Positions 25,700 through 35,487 of a stretch of 64,000 nucleotides of DNA are shown here, one piece after another. The notes under the pieces are model-generated. The model was not told the DNA's origin and made no database searches. It saw only the letters and a program-made list of their open reading frames with translations. The number at the start of each line of letters is the position of its first letter. Position 1 is the first letter of the stretch. The DNA is from an uncultured Gammaproteobacteria bacterium. GTDB taxonomy: Bacteria; Patescibacteriota; Microgenomatia; UBA10105; UBA927. The position numbers and the translations under genes were made by a program. The stretch is taken from assembly GCA_964449585.1 (NCBI GenBank), contig CAYUZE010000001.1, positions 140,142 to 204,141 on the forward strand, in the 5' to 3' direction.

Positions 25700-26815
25700 A
25701 TGAATATTTCCTATACACCGAACTTTACCCACTTTTACCTGTTTTATTACGAACGGTTAAAAAAAGTTGGTTTTCTGTTGAAGTTCTCCGGTATTTTACT
25801 CATCCTGTCGTCGTTGTCATTTGCGGGGTTGGCACAGCTGTTGAATATCCTCTTCATCGTCGTGCTTACGACACCCCGGCTATTGGCATATCTATTGAGC
25901 CTCGTTGCGTTTCAGAGATACAAAAAAGGGATAAAGGCAATACAGTATACGTTTGACGATAACGGAATAACATTTCGTGACGAAAAAAAGATTAGCTCGG
26001 GCAAAACAAAATGGGAGTTTTTCACTTCTTACACCGTAACCAAGCGTTATCTGGCAGTCCATGGTACGAAAGCTTTTTTGCCGGTGATATTTTTGGTGAG
26101 AGCTAACGTATCCGGTGAACATTGGGAGAAAGTAATGCAACTTGTAAAGGAGCATTTGCCTAATAAAAAGCGTTTGCCGATTATTGCCGTAGTACTGACT
26201 ATCCTGGTTCATCTGATTTTTTATGTGCTTTATGCAATTTTGCTTGGTCAATTCGCATTGTCATTTTTGGGAATCTATCGTTTTGAATGTGTCGGATTGC
26301 AATATTGTACGGTGGTGACAAAACCCAGAAATAGTGAATGGCAGGAATATACGAATAAAACGTATGGGTATAGCTTTACGTATCCTCCCGATATGTACGT
26401 CGATACATCGTTTTACAATCCAAGCAAAGAAGAGAAACACGTACGGCTTTTGTTTTTTAATCCCACCAAAAAAACAATACCCGTAAAAAACGGCTTCGGG
26501 AATATGGAATATCAAAACGAAATTACGGTGAGGTACCTTGGAGAAAACTTATCCGATAAAGAAATTGAAGCGTACGATCGACACTATAAAAATTTTTATG
26601 CAAAAGATACCGAATCGGTAACACAGCCGGACTTTGTGCGCGGCAAGATTCTCTATCGGTACGAGAAAAGAGATAAAATAAACGATTTTTACTACCTCAA
26701 TAGTATTTTTGCCGTACATAACAGGTATTTTGAAATTTCGTTACGAGCACCGCACGCGACCCCCGAACTCAACGGCATATACGAAAAAATATTGGATTCA
26801 GTTACTCCACGTTAA
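25700..26815 (+). CDS. Membrane protein with a bacterial PH (YdbS/YdbT-like) domain and a C-terminal soluble domain
   Basis: Multiple TM segments; IQYTFDDNGITFRDEKKISSGKTKWEFFTSYTVTKRYLAVHG resembles bPH_2. Confidence 0.5.
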   Translation: MNISYTPNFTHFYLFYYERLKKVGFLLKFSGILLILSSLSFAGLAQLLNILFIVVLTTPRLLAYLLSLVAFQRYKKGIKAIQYTFDDNGITFRDEKKISSGKTKWEFFTSYTVTKRYLAVHGTKAFLPVIFLVRANVSGEHWEKVMQLVKEHLPNKKRLPIIAVVLTILVHLIFYVLYAILLGQFALSFLGIYRFECVGLQYCTVVTKPRNSEWQEYTNKTYGYSFTYPPDMYVDTSFYNPSKEEKHVRLLFFNPTKKTIPVKNGFGNMEYQNEITVRYLGENLSDKEIEAYDRHYKNFYAKDTESVTQPDFVRGKILYRYEKRDKINDFYYLNSIFAVHNRYFEISLRAPHATPELNGIYEKILDSVTPR

Positions 26816-27057
26816 TTTGAGGTTCCTCAGGGGGTGAGTCGACAACATGTATGGGGTGAAGCTGTCGCGTGATGAGGGTGAGGGGGCGTGGTAATACGAA
26901 TTCGGTCAAGGTACGCCCGTAGATAAGCGCGCCGAGCGCGTGCCCCTGTTTGTTACGGAAGATATCATTTTTAAAGGGCGACCGACAAAGCGGAGTGTCG
27001 CAACAATTTCATCATCAGGTACAATAACCTGAGTAAGGCGGTAATCGAAGTGGGGCT

Positions 27058-27429
27058 ATGACTGGAGATCTTGTTGACCGATATATACAAAAATATCCCG
27101 AGACGGTGCAGTTGCGGTTACGGGAAATCCAGGAGATTATTCGCTCCGTGGTTCCCGGTGGGGTGGAGCGGATTAGCTACGGTATTCCTACCGTAGATCT
27201 TTTCGGCAAGCATGTGGTGCACTATGCCGGATTTAAAAATCACATAAGTTTTTTCCCCACACCATCCCCTATTCCGATTTTTCAGAAGGCGCTTGCCCGG
27301 TATAAAACATCAAAAGGAACCATTCAGTTCCCTGCGGATGCCCCTATCCCCCGGGATCTGATTCGACGTATAGTCGCATACAGGGTTCGTGAAATAACGT
27401 CAAACAATACAACCCGTAGCACGGAATAA
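27058..27429 (+). CDS. DUF1801 (YdhG-like) domain protein
   Basis: Pattern RLREIQEIIRSVVPGGVERISYGIPTVDLFGKHVVHYAGFKNHISFFP. Confidence 0.6.
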   Translation: MTGDLVDRYIQKYPETVQLRLREIQEIIRSVVPGGVERISYGIPTVDLFGKHVVHYAGFKNHISFFPTPSPIPIFQKALARYKTSKGTIQFPADAPIPRDLIRRIVAYRVREITSNNTTRSTE

Positions 27430-27553
27430 GCGGAAGAAGGGGACAAGTATTTCTTCAATTGCGGCTGATGAGGCGGTTTTGATCGGAAGCATTGCCGGCT
27501 TGCTGGTATTCTTATGACTATGCAATTATCGGGGGTCACGATATACTGGATAC

Positions 27554-28069
27554 ATGCAACAAGCCGGTTCTCCGATGCGTAAAGATGAGGAAGTATATGC
27601 GACGTGGAGTTCTCCTTCGCGGCTGTTTAAAAAGCGCGACCGTGAGTTTTTTGTCAATATTTTTGCCATCGTCTTTCTTTTGTCGGTCATCCTCGTGTTT
27701 GTGCGAGAATTTGTGCTTATTGCGACCGTTCTCTCGATCGTTTTCTTAATTTATGTGCTTTCTACCGTTCCTCCCGAAGAAATGCGCCATCGGGTGACCA
27801 GCTTGGGAATCGAAAGCGGCGGACATTTTTACCGATGGGAAGAGTGTGCCGATTTTTGGTTTGAAGAGCAATGGGGACAAACAATACTGGTGTTACGCCT
27901 TTTTATGGCTCCCCGGGTGATCATACTCTTGGGGGATCAACCGAAGGATAAACTGCGCGAATATGTCGCAAAATATATTCCGTATAGGGAACAGCCGGAT
28001 CGCACGTGGGTTGATAATGCCGCCCGATGGATAAGCGAAAAGATTCCATTGGAAAAGCCGCAAGCATAG
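27554..28069 (+). CDS. Membrane protein (171 aa), hypothetical
   Basis: Two N-terminal TM helices; ORF. Confidence 0.45.
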   Translation: MQQAGSPMRKDEEVYATWSSPSRLFKKRDREFFVNIFAIVFLLSVILVFVREFVLIATVLSIVFLIYVLSTVPPEEMRHRVTSLGIESGGHFYRWEECADFWFEEQWGQTILVLRLFMAPRVIILLGDQPKDKLREYVAKYIPYREQPDRTWVDNAARWISEKIPLEKPQA

Positions 28070-28109
28070 CGTGGCCGGGCACGTTTGTTGTACAATACGG
28101 AAGGTATTC

Positions 28110-28181
28110 GCGCCCATAGTTCAATGGATAGAATAGGAGCTTGCGGAGCTTCTGATACAGGTTCGACTCCTGTTGGGCGTA
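28110..28181 (+). tRNA. tRNA-Arg, anticodon GCG as parsed
   Basis: Acceptor GCGCCCA/TGGGCGT (G1-U72 wobble), D arm GTTC-AATGGATA-GAAT, anticodon stem GGAGC/GCTTC with loop TTGCGGA, T arm ACAGG-TTCGACT-CCTGT, discriminator A. Confidence 0.6.
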
Positions 28182-28191
28182 CACGAGATTT

Positions 28192-28536
28192 ATGTCTTCC
28201 CGTTTTTTTATTGCCCTAGGGATCCTCTTTTGTGCTGCGGCCGGCATCGTTACGCTTTGGAGGCAGCCGTTCATAATATCATTGCTTCTTATCGCGTTAA
28301 CGCTTCTTAAGCGCCGGCTATTGCCCATTAAACGAGAGTTTCTCTGGTATATGGGACTTACCTTCGGAGGCGCGATTGTGGAAGTGGTGATGGTCAATAT
28401 CGGCGGCGGATGGAGGTACGCCAAACCGCAGTTTCTCAATATCCCGCTCTGGATGCCGTTATTTTGGGGACTCGTTGGCACGACGGTGATCGTGCTTTAT
28501 AGGGAATTAATCGGGAGACATTCATCGGATTTTTGA
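28192..28536 (+). CDS. Small membrane protein (114 aa)
   Basis: Three predicted TM helices. Confidence 0.4.
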   Translation: MSSRFFIALGILFCAAAGIVTLWRQPFIISLLLIALTLLKRRLLPIKREFLWYMGLTFGGAIVEVVMVNIGGGWRYAKPQFLNIPLWMPLFWGLVGTTVIVLYRELIGRHSSDF

Positions 28537-28543
28537 TACGTCT

Positions 28544-28978
28544 ATGAAGATTGCCGTATGCGGAAGCCTTACCTTTCACCACGAGATGCGCGAAGTGGAA
28601 AAAGCGCTGCGTTCTCTTGGCCATACGCCGCTTGTTCCCAAAAGCCTCGATCTTATCGATACACATGGATTTAAAAAACCGGAGACGGTGAGCGAACGCC
28701 TTGCCGCGGAAAATCACTATGATTTTATCCGAGAGCATTTCCGAAAAATTGAACAGGCGGAAGCAGTACTTGTAGTGAATCCCCCGAAAAACGGCATAGA
28801 AGGATATATAGGAGGGAACACTTTTCTTGAGATGGGAATAGGATTTTATCTGGGGAAAAAACTGTATGTGCTGTGTGCGCTTCCTCGTATGGGGTATGAA
28901 CTTGAGCTTGCAAGCATGCGTCCCACGGTGATTGGTGGAATTGCCAACCTCTCCATTATTGGCGCTGACGGGGTTTGA
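28544..28978 (+). CDS. Nucleoside 2-deoxyribosyltransferase-like (NDT/Rcl-like) protein, paralog A
   Basis: MKIAVCGSLTFH...GGNTFLEMGIGFYLGKKLYVL matches the NDT-family pattern (G.T.FE.G.A.ALGKP); about 50% identical to the 29145 gene. Confidence 0.5.
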   Translation: MKIAVCGSLTFHHEMREVEKALRSLGHTPLVPKSLDLIDTHGFKKPETVSERLAAENHYDFIREHFRKIEQAEAVLVVNPPKNGIEGYIGGNTFLEMGIGFYLGKKLYVLCALPRMGYELELASMRPTVIGGIANLSIIGADGV

Positions 28979-29034
28979 AGTATAATACGGGAGCACTAAC
29001 GTACCGGATATACCGGCACAGCCCTAAGTTGCAT

Positions 29035-29121
29035 GGAAGGATGCCGGAGCGGCTAAACGGCCAGGTCTCGAAAACCTTGGGGGTCGAAAGGCCCACGCGA
29101 GTTCAAATCTCGCTCCTTCCG
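29035..29121 (+). tRNA. tRNA-Ser (anticodon CGA), type II
   Basis: Acceptor GGAAGGA/TCCTTCC, D stem GCC/GGC with long D loop, anticodon stem CAGGT/ACCTT (one C-U mismatch) with loop CTCGAAA, variable arm, T arm GCGAG-TTCAAAT-CTCGC, discriminator G. Confidence 0.75.
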
Positions 29122-29144
29122 CCGATAGTTATTGAAGTTTCACT

Positions 29145-29561
29145 ATGACAATTACCATTTGCGGCAGCATGCAGTTTCATAAGGAAATGGCCGTGATGCG
29201 GGATGCCCTGAAAGCAAGAGGGTATCGTGTTTTCGTGCCAGGAGAACTCGACGATATTCACAAAAATGAATCCTATATGGATTCCGACGAAGAACGAATT
29301 ACCGTAAAAATCGAATACGACTTTATCCGCGAACACTTTCGCAAAATTGAACAGTCGGATGCGATCCTTATCGTTAACTACGAAAAAAAAGGAATCCCCG
29401 GTTATATAGGCGGCAACACCTTCCTTGAAATGGGGTATGCCTTCGGTTTAGGAAAAAAGGTGTATTTGCTGTATCCGGTTCCCGATATGGACTACAAAAC
29501 GGAAATGCACGCAATCCAGCCTCTTGTTTTGGACGGCGACATAGCGCGCATCGGCGACTAA
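29145..29561 (+). CDS. Nucleoside 2-deoxyribosyltransferase-like protein, paralog B
   Basis: MTITICGSMQFHKEM...GGNTFLEMGYAFGLGKKVYLLYPVPDM; paralog of the 28544 gene. Confidence 0.5.
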   Translation: MTITICGSMQFHKEMAVMRDALKARGYRVFVPGELDDIHKNESYMDSDEERITVKIEYDFIREHFRKIEQSDAILIVNYEKKGIPGYIGGNTFLEMGYAFGLGKKVYLLYPVPDMDYKTEMHAIQPLVLDGDIARIGD

Positions 29562-31645
29562 GGTTGTACTTCCGCGCCGTTTCTTGCCTCAATCGAGAGC
29601 AGTGTACGGATGACCGTCCCTGAGGTATCTTTAAGTACAATGTTCCCCCCGTTAAATCCTTTAAGTTCATTATTTTTTACTTTTTCGACGCCGGAAATAC
29701 CATCATAACTATTGGTGGAATACAGGTAACTGCAGCATTCGTCATACAGCGTGTTATGCAGGTTGCCGATATCTACGATTGCGTTGGGATACGTTATCCG
29801 GGTGAATGCCGGGGTGAACGATACGCCGCTTACCGTTGCAAGTGCCGCGATATTAGGATCATTCATGAGGTGTGGCATGACACCGATTGCTACCGGCACG
29901 TTCGGGCGGGTATTACCGACGATGCGCTGATGGAGTGCCACTTTCGGCACGCGTCCGCCGAAGATGGTTTCCAAAAGTGAGAGCAATCGTTCTTCTTCTT
30001 CCTGTTTTCGCAACGCCGGGGTAACCCACACGGTGGATCCTAGTACATCTTCGGCAAGCGGTTTTTTATCGCTGCCGACGATGGCGCCGCGTTTTGCAGG
30101 AACGACCGTTGTTTCAAGTGTTGAACCGTCGGTATATCCTGGGATCAACATGTCCCATTGCCATTCAATTCGCCACCTATTTTGTTCGCGGATGAACGGA
30201 ATGGTGATCTTGTGGGTAAATTTACCTAATCGTCGGGTAAAAAATGTCGCATCGGCATAAAGCGTAAATGTGTTGTTATCTTCGTGTATGCCGGGGACGA
30301 TAGGATCCAAAAGAATTTGTTCAATCTCTCCGCCGTCCATAAGCATCATTCCCTGTCGACGAAAATCCTCGCGGCTTACCCGACTTTTGCTTTCGGTTGT
30401 TAGGTGTTCATACAAATCGGCAAAAAACTTATTATGTATTTCATACATCACTAAATTGACGGTATTCGTCGACGGCGGAAAAAGTATCGGGAGAGACGAT
30501 GCGATATTTGCGATTGTCATAACGCTAAGAACGAAAAATAACACTCCCCTTTTTGTTTGTGAAAGCGCCGCACCGCCCGAGATGTACAGCAACGGAAGGA
30601 CAAGAACGAGATATCTGGTCCAAAAAGGAATTACCGCGTAAACGACGACCATACAAAGCGCCGCACCAGAAATCAAAAGCAGGGGAGAGTGGTAATTTTT
30701 TTTTCGTAATCCCGCGATGAACGTAAGGATACTTAAAAGAAACACAAAACCCCAGGTTGGGCTCCATTCACTGGCACGTTCCCAAAAATGGGTAAACAGA
30801 TTTTGGTATTGTCCGGTAAAAAGTGTTGCGATACTGCTCCCCCATGTCGGAGATATATTGCTGCCTCGATAAAAAGAAATCATCCATTTCTGTAATTTCA
30901 GCCATTCAATAATGGAGTGGCCCTGAATGAAATACCAGGTATAGGGGATGAGATATCCCGACACAGCCCCGATGATAAATGCCATGATGAGCCGCCAATT
31001 TTTTGTACGCTGCCAGAAATAATATACGCCGATTCCTCCCAATACCGGGGCAAAGATCGGCAATTTCACCTCGGCAAACAGCCCAAGCACAACGCCCGAC
31101 AGTCCTGCTCCGAGAAAATTTCGACGGACGTTGCCGGAAGTGAGCGAAAACAACGACAAAAAGAAAAGCACCACGGTGAGTGCCTGCAACGCATCCATCA
31201 TGGTGAGCGTGAATTGATTGGTAATCAAAGGATCGGTAGCCAGTAATAAGGCAACCCAAAAAGCGGATACCGAGTTGCCTAAAAGTTTCTTGGTCAAGAG
31301 AAATGTGGTAACGACAAGGAGGGAGGTTGTAATAAATCCGTAAAGATAGCCGTTCCCCAATAGCACGATACTTGCCCCGATGAGATATTTTCCCAGCGGA
31401 GGAACCTCGGCATTTGCACTTAAGAGATCTCCCCCTCGAATGAGACGATACCCCTCGTAGAGGTAAAGACCATCGTCGCCTATGACGCGGGGGGATAACG
31501 GTAACTTCCAGTGTGACTGTTCATACTTGTCTTGCCAATACGGCTCGTCAAAATGAGAAAAAAGTTGCGCCCTATTTGCAAAGACCACAAGAGTGAAATA
31601 ACAAAAAAGGAGAACCGAGAGGATGGTACGAATACCTTTTTTCAT
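29558..31645 (-). CDS. GT-C fold membrane glycosyltransferase (ArnT/PMT-like), 695 aa, with a C-terminal extracytoplasmic domain
   Basis: About 12 TM helices; DE motif in the first loop (HFDEPYW); large C-terminal soluble domain. Confidence 0.6.
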   Translation of the reverse strand: MKKGIRTILSVLLFCYFTLVVFANRAQLFSHFDEPYWQDKYEQSHWKLPLSPRVIGDDGLYLYEGYRLIRGGDLLSANAEVPPLGKYLIGASIVLLGNGYLYGFITTSLLVVTTFLLTKKLLGNSVSAFWVALLLATDPLITNQFTLTMMDALQALTVVLFFLSLFSLTSGNVRRNFLGAGLSGVVLGLFAEVKLPIFAPVLGGIGVYYFWQRTKNWRLIMAFIIGAVSGYLIPYTWYFIQGHSIIEWLKLQKWMISFYRGSNISPTWGSSIATLFTGQYQNLFTHFWERASEWSPTWGFVFLLSILTFIAGLRKKNYHSPLLLISGAALCMVVVYAVIPFWTRYLVLVLPLLYISGGAALSQTKRGVLFFVLSVMTIANIASSLPILFPPSTNTVNLVMYEIHNKFFADLYEHLTTESKSRVSREDFRRQGMMLMDGGEIEQILLDPIVPGIHEDNNTFTLYADATFFTRRLGKFTHKITIPFIREQNRWRIEWQWDMLIPGYTDGSTLETTVVPAKRGAIVGSDKKPLAEDVLGSTVWVTPALRKQEEEERLLSLLETIFGGRVPKVALHQRIVGNTRPNVPVAIGVMPHLMNDPNIAALATVSGVSFTPAFTRITYPNAIVDIGNLHNTLYDECCSYLYSTNSYDGISGVEKVKNNELKGFNGGNIVLKDTSGTVIRTLLSIEARNGAEVQP

Positions 31646-31680
31646 GTGATCCCATTCTAGCAGAGTGCATAAAAGGGCGG

Positions 31681-31686
31681 TATAAT
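31681..31686 (+). promoter_or_regulatory. -10 TATAAT about 10 nt upstream of tRNA-Arg(CCG)
   Basis: TATAATACGC; the same TATAATACGG arrangement is seen at 28981 upstream of tRNA-Ser(CGA). Confidence 0.35.
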
Positions 31687-31695
31687 ACGCTTATT

Positions 31696-31770
31696 GCTCT
31701 CGTAGTTCAATGGATAGAATGCGGCCCTCCGAAGGCTGTGATATGGGTTCGACTCCCGTCGAGAGTACCA
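31696..31770 (+). tRNA. tRNA-Arg (anticodon CCG) with encoded CCA
   Basis: Acceptor GCTCTCG/CGAGAGT, anticodon stem CGGCC/GGCTG with loop CTCCGAA, T arm ATGGG-TTCGACT-CCCGT, discriminator A, then CCA. Confidence 0.8.
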
Positions 31771-31788
31771 AAACGCTATACTACCCAT

Positions 31789-32385
31789 ATGGATGATCAA
31801 AAAAGACTTACCCATCTTATCTACGAAGCCGCCAACGTGAAGCGGATGCTTCGTACCGGATGGCAGCGGCTGGGAGACAACGAAGAAGGCGTCGGGGAAC
31901 ATTCGTTTATGACCGCGGTTATCGCTTATTTTTTGGCAAAGGAAATTAACGCATCCGATAATCCAGAACGGAAGGTTTCAATGGAAAAAGTATTGATCAT
32001 GAGCATTTTTCATGACTTCCATGAAGGGCGGACGGGCGAAATGGATAAAATGGCAAAACGTTATATGACACGCCATGAGGATAAGGCAAATACGGATATA
32101 TTCCAGGGTGTGGATGATGCGCTCCTTGCGACATTGAATGAATACGAGGAAAAGCAGACGCTTGAGGCACAAATCGTCTACGAGGCAAATGTTATCGCCT
32201 TTGGTGTCGAATGCCGTATTCTCATGGAAAAAGGCAATTCCCATGCAAAGGAATGGATGGACGCGAACTCACTCCGTGTCCGACTTCCCGAATCAGTTGC
32301 CCTCATGCGCGCGCTTGCGGATACCGATTCGCAGGACTGGTGGAAAGATATTCGCGATGCTATCCACGAAGAATTCGCAAAATAG
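31789..32385 (+). CDS. HD-domain phosphohydrolase (YfbR-like 5-prime-deoxynucleotidase family)
   Basis: EHSFMTAVIAYFLA...IFHDFHEGRTGEMD carries H...HD...E/D metal motifs; the track ORF start (31738) overlaps the tRNA, so the start is set at Met 31789. Confidence 0.65.
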   Translation: MDDQKRLTHLIYEAANVKRMLRTGWQRLGDNEEGVGEHSFMTAVIAYFLAKEINASDNPERKVSMEKVLIMSIFHDFHEGRTGEMDKMAKRYMTRHEDKANTDIFQGVDDALLATLNEYEEKQTLEAQIVYEANVIAFGVECRILMEKGNSHAKEWMDANSLRVRLPESVALMRALADTDSQDWWKDIRDAIHEEFAK

Positions 32386-33259
32386 CTTTGTGTGAGGCAA
32401 GGATAAGTCCGGTAACCACAATACCGCTTCCGAGAATAAAAATCGCGTTCAGTCGCTCGCCAAGGATAACAATAGACAATCCGACACTGATGACCAGTTG
32501 AATATAATCTTTGAGCGACGCAGTGGTTGCGGAAATATGTTTAATGACCCATTGAAATATTCCGAACGTGACGACGGTGACGGGAATCGCGGCATACAGT
32601 AACAGGAAAAAATATGAGGGAGTAAAGATCGCATCCGAAACAAACGTCTGACCGGTTGCTACCGCCATTACCAAACTAAACAATGCCAAAGTAAGAAAAT
32701 TAATTTCTGTCATCACCACGGGTGAAAAAGTTTCCTGCGAAATAAATTTTCGGGATCCTACCAGGTACAGTGTCCAGCTTACGACGGAAAGTAAAATAAG
32801 AAGATTTCCGGTGATGCTGCCGCCTATACTCCGGCCTTCGTTCCAAAGCGGGAGAAGAATAATGATGAGTGTGCCGATAAGGCCCACGATTACCCCCAGT
32901 ATTTTCTCTTTGTGGGTCCGTTCGCCGATGAGGAAATGAGAAAAAAGCGCGGTGAGAAGCGGAGTGCTGGTGTTGATAACAGAAGCGGCGCTTGCGGAAG
33001 TATGCACGATGCCGAGATAAAAAAATAAGGCGTTCCCGATACTTAGTAAGCTAAAGGGAATAAGCGTGCGCCACGTGTTCTTTGGTTTGTGTGCCCGCAA
33101 AAACCAGGGAAGAAAAATAATTGAAGCAAGTCCGAACCGGTAGAACAGGAGCACGTAGGGATGAAGCTCGGCAATAAGCATCTTGGCCGTAACACCTGCC
33201 GTTCCCCACAATACCGAGACGAGCAGCAGTCCCAGGAAAGCCTTTCTTCGTACACTCAT
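32360..33259 (-). CDS. EamA/DMT superfamily transporter
   Basis: Ten predicted TM helices; VLWGTAGVTAKM EamA signature; the track ORF's N-terminal extension is antisense to tRNA-Ser(GGA), so the start is set at Met 33259. Confidence 0.65.
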   Translation of the reverse strand: MSVRRKAFLGLLLVSVLWGTAGVTAKMLIAELHPYVLLFYRFGLASIIFLPWFLRAHKPKNTWRTLIPFSLLSIGNALFFYLGIVHTSASAASVINTSTPLLTALFSHFLIGERTHKEKILGVIVGLIGTLIIILLPLWNEGRSIGGSITGNLLILLSVVSWTLYLVGSRKFISQETFSPVVMTEINFLTLALFSLVMAVATGQTFVSDAIFTPSYFFLLLYAAIPVTVVTFGIFQWVIKHISATTASLKDYIQLVISVGLSIVILGERLNAIFILGSGIVVTGLILASHKAILRILRG

Positions 33260-33302
33260 TCGGTGATTATAGCACCGTGTTGAGCCCCCATGATGGTATA
33301 AT

Positions 33303-33385
33303 AAGGCATCTGGAGGAGTGGCCCAGCGGCTACGGCACGCGCTTGGAAAGCGCGCGGGAGCAATCCCACGCAGGTTCGAGTCCTG
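33303..33385 (+). tRNA. tRNA-Ser (anticodon GGA), type II
   Basis: Acceptor GGAGGAG/CTCCTCC, anticodon stem CGCGC/GCGCG with loop TTGGAAA, long variable arm, T-loop GGTTCGAGTCC, discriminator G. Confidence 0.8.
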
Positions 33386-33467
33386 TCTCCTCCGCAGATG
33401 AACATCGATGCATTGATTTTTACCTTGCCGGCACGGCAATTCCCCCACAACTCAACGGCATGCCGTT

Positions 33468-34769
33468 GTGATAGAAAATGTAGTATCTCTCAAAACGGAT
33501 GACGCTATGAGTACGCAGAATGAACCGGTTGATGTAATCATTATCGGCGGCGGCCCGGCGGGAATGATGGCCGCACTTTCCGTACGGCAACACCACCCTG
33601 ACTATTCGATCATCATTTTAGATCGCACGTTCGAGCTGGGGCGAAAGTTCTTAACGTCCGGTGCCGGACGAGGTAACCTTACAAACGTCAATTTGGCGAA
33701 TGGTCCGAACGGATATTTTCACGGCGATCAGGCACTTATTTCCTCCGTTTTTTCACGATTCGGCTATCGTGATATCATGAAATTTTTTGAAGAGCTCGGC
33801 ATTCCCACCTATGAGGAAAAGAAAACGAGCCGAGGAAAAATTTTTCCCACTATTGATCATGCCAAAACGGTGCGCGACGTGCTCGTTGATGCGCTTCTCG
33901 AAAAAAACATCCGTATTGTTACGAACGTCGCAATTCAGACAATAACGCGCGGAAACAGCGGCTGGGAACTTGCGACGGCAGGCACCGTGTATATCGGAAA
34001 AGCAATAATTATGACTCCGGGCGGACAAACCTATCCCGCCCTCGGGGCGGATGGATCAGGATATACGCTTGCGGCATCAGTGGGGCATACGATTATTCCC
34101 CCGGTCGTTACGGCGGTTCCCGTGGTTGCTAAAAATCCACTTTCACACTATATGCAGGGAGAAAAAATGCTGATGCAGGCAACCAGCATCATCGGGGGCG
34201 AGGCAAAAACCACTGCGATTGGAGACGTCATGTTCACCCAATACGGATTTTCGGGACCGGCAATTTTTGATATCAGCCACGATTTTTCGGTTCGTATCAA
34301 TAGAGAAAATCGGAAAGATACCTCGGTGATATTGTCATTTTTCCCGGGAAAAACAAAGGAAGAAGTCAGACAAATTATCGAAAAACGGCTCTCCCTCCAC
34401 GGATCAATGCCGGTTGCGCATAGCCTTTGGGGTTTATTTACGCAAAAGACTTCTGCGGCAATATGCGCGGTGGCCGGCTTGCCGAAAGAATTACTCGCGA
34501 AAGACATGAATCATGAGGATCAGGACAAACTCCTTACGGTGCTTACCGAATATATTTCGGATGTGTCCGATACCCGTGGGTGGAATGAGGGCGAATTCAC
34601 GGCAGGGGGGGTGGATACCGATGAAATTGATCACCGGACACTTATGTCAAAAAAGGCGCCAAATGTGTATTTGGCGGGGGAAATTCTGAATGTGGATGGA
34701 CAGGTCGGCGGATTTAATTTATCCTGGGCTTGGGCAACCGGTTGGATCGCCGGTCAACTGGGAACGTAA
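33468..34769 (+). CDS. HI0933/BaiN-like NAD(P)/FAD-dependent flavoprotein
   Basis: Dinucleotide-binding IIIGGGPAGMMAA; family-typical GAGRGNLTN and C-terminal GGV.T.E motifs. Confidence 0.75.
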   Translation: MIENVVSLKTDDAMSTQNEPVDVIIIGGGPAGMMAALSVRQHHPDYSIIILDRTFELGRKFLTSGAGRGNLTNVNLANGPNGYFHGDQALISSVFSRFGYRDIMKFFEELGIPTYEEKKTSRGKIFPTIDHAKTVRDVLVDALLEKNIRIVTNVAIQTITRGNSGWELATAGTVYIGKAIIMTPGGQTYPALGADGSGYTLAASVGHTIIPPVVTAVPVVAKNPLSHYMQGEKMLMQATSIIGGEAKTTAIGDVMFTQYGFSGPAIFDISHDFSVRINRENRKDTSVILSFFPGKTKEEVRQIIEKRLSLHGSMPVAHSLWGLFTQKTSAAICAVAGLPKELLAKDMNHEDQDKLLTVLTEYISDVSDTRGWNEGEFTAGGVDTDEIDHRTLMSKKAPNVYLAGEILNVDGQVGGFNLSWAWATGWIAGQLGT

Positions 34770-34778
34770 GATAGTTCA

Positions 34779-35342
34779 ATGAAAAAAGTAAAAAAAACAG
34801 TCCAAACAAGACAATCAATACTTCCGTTGCTTGTCGGAGGTGCGGGTATCGTTCTGGTGCTTCTCTGCATTCGAGCATACATCTTAAAAACTACCGCATC
34901 GGTTGTCCCGCCCGCTATTGAAAAGGTGAGCAACTATCGAAGTCAGGACGGAGACCTCATGCTTTCGCTTCCCGAGCCGCTTTACGTTACGGAATCCGCC
35001 GCCCGGCAAGACGGATTAACCGTGGGGAGTATCGTTATCTCCTCCTCACCGGGTGGTGACGAGGCAATCAGTAGTCTTACCATTCGATATGGGATTCCCT
35101 TTATCGAAGGAAAGGGAGGCGCGTGTGCGGATGAAAACGGGACCTATTGGAAAAAAGAGAAGATATTAAGCGCGTTGATCGATGTGTGCGAGCGTGAACA
35201 AAGTCTGCATGCGGGATATCCGAAGCACCCGGTAAAACAGATTGAATATGCTTTTTTTATCGGGGGTAGCGGCATAACACCCCGGGATTTTGCTCTCTAC
35301 AAGGAGATACTTATCAACGGTCTTACCTTTATTTCTCGGTGA
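34779..35342 (+). CDS. Hypothetical membrane-anchored protein (187 aa)
   Basis: N-terminal TM; ORF. Confidence 0.4.
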   Translation: MKKVKKTVQTRQSILPLLVGGAGIVLVLLCIRAYILKTTASVVPPAIEKVSNYRSQDGDLMLSLPEPLYVTESAARQDGLTVGSIVISSSPGGDEAISSLTIRYGIPFIEGKGGACADENGTYWKKEKILSALIDVCEREQSLHAGYPKHPVKQIEYAFFIGGSGITPRDFALYKEILINGLTFISR

Positions 35343-35487
35343 TATATACCGAAGCATACCGATGTGTAGGTTGAAGTGATACAAAATGAACGGGAACGAA
35401 TTTTTACGGATTCTATCACGCAAAGAATTTCTTATTTCGAAGTAGTAAGGAGTGAATATCTCTGCGAAGGATTAACGCCGCATTCGG

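Noticed and set aside
31657-31902. Track ORFs 31657..31902 (-) and the 5-prime extensions of 31738..32385 (+), 32360..33448 (-) and 33256..33471
   Set aside because: They run through tRNA-Arg(CCG) and tRNA-Ser(GGA), giving the artefactual peptides RESNPYH and RQDSNLRG. The real genes start at internal Met codons downstream of the tRNAs.
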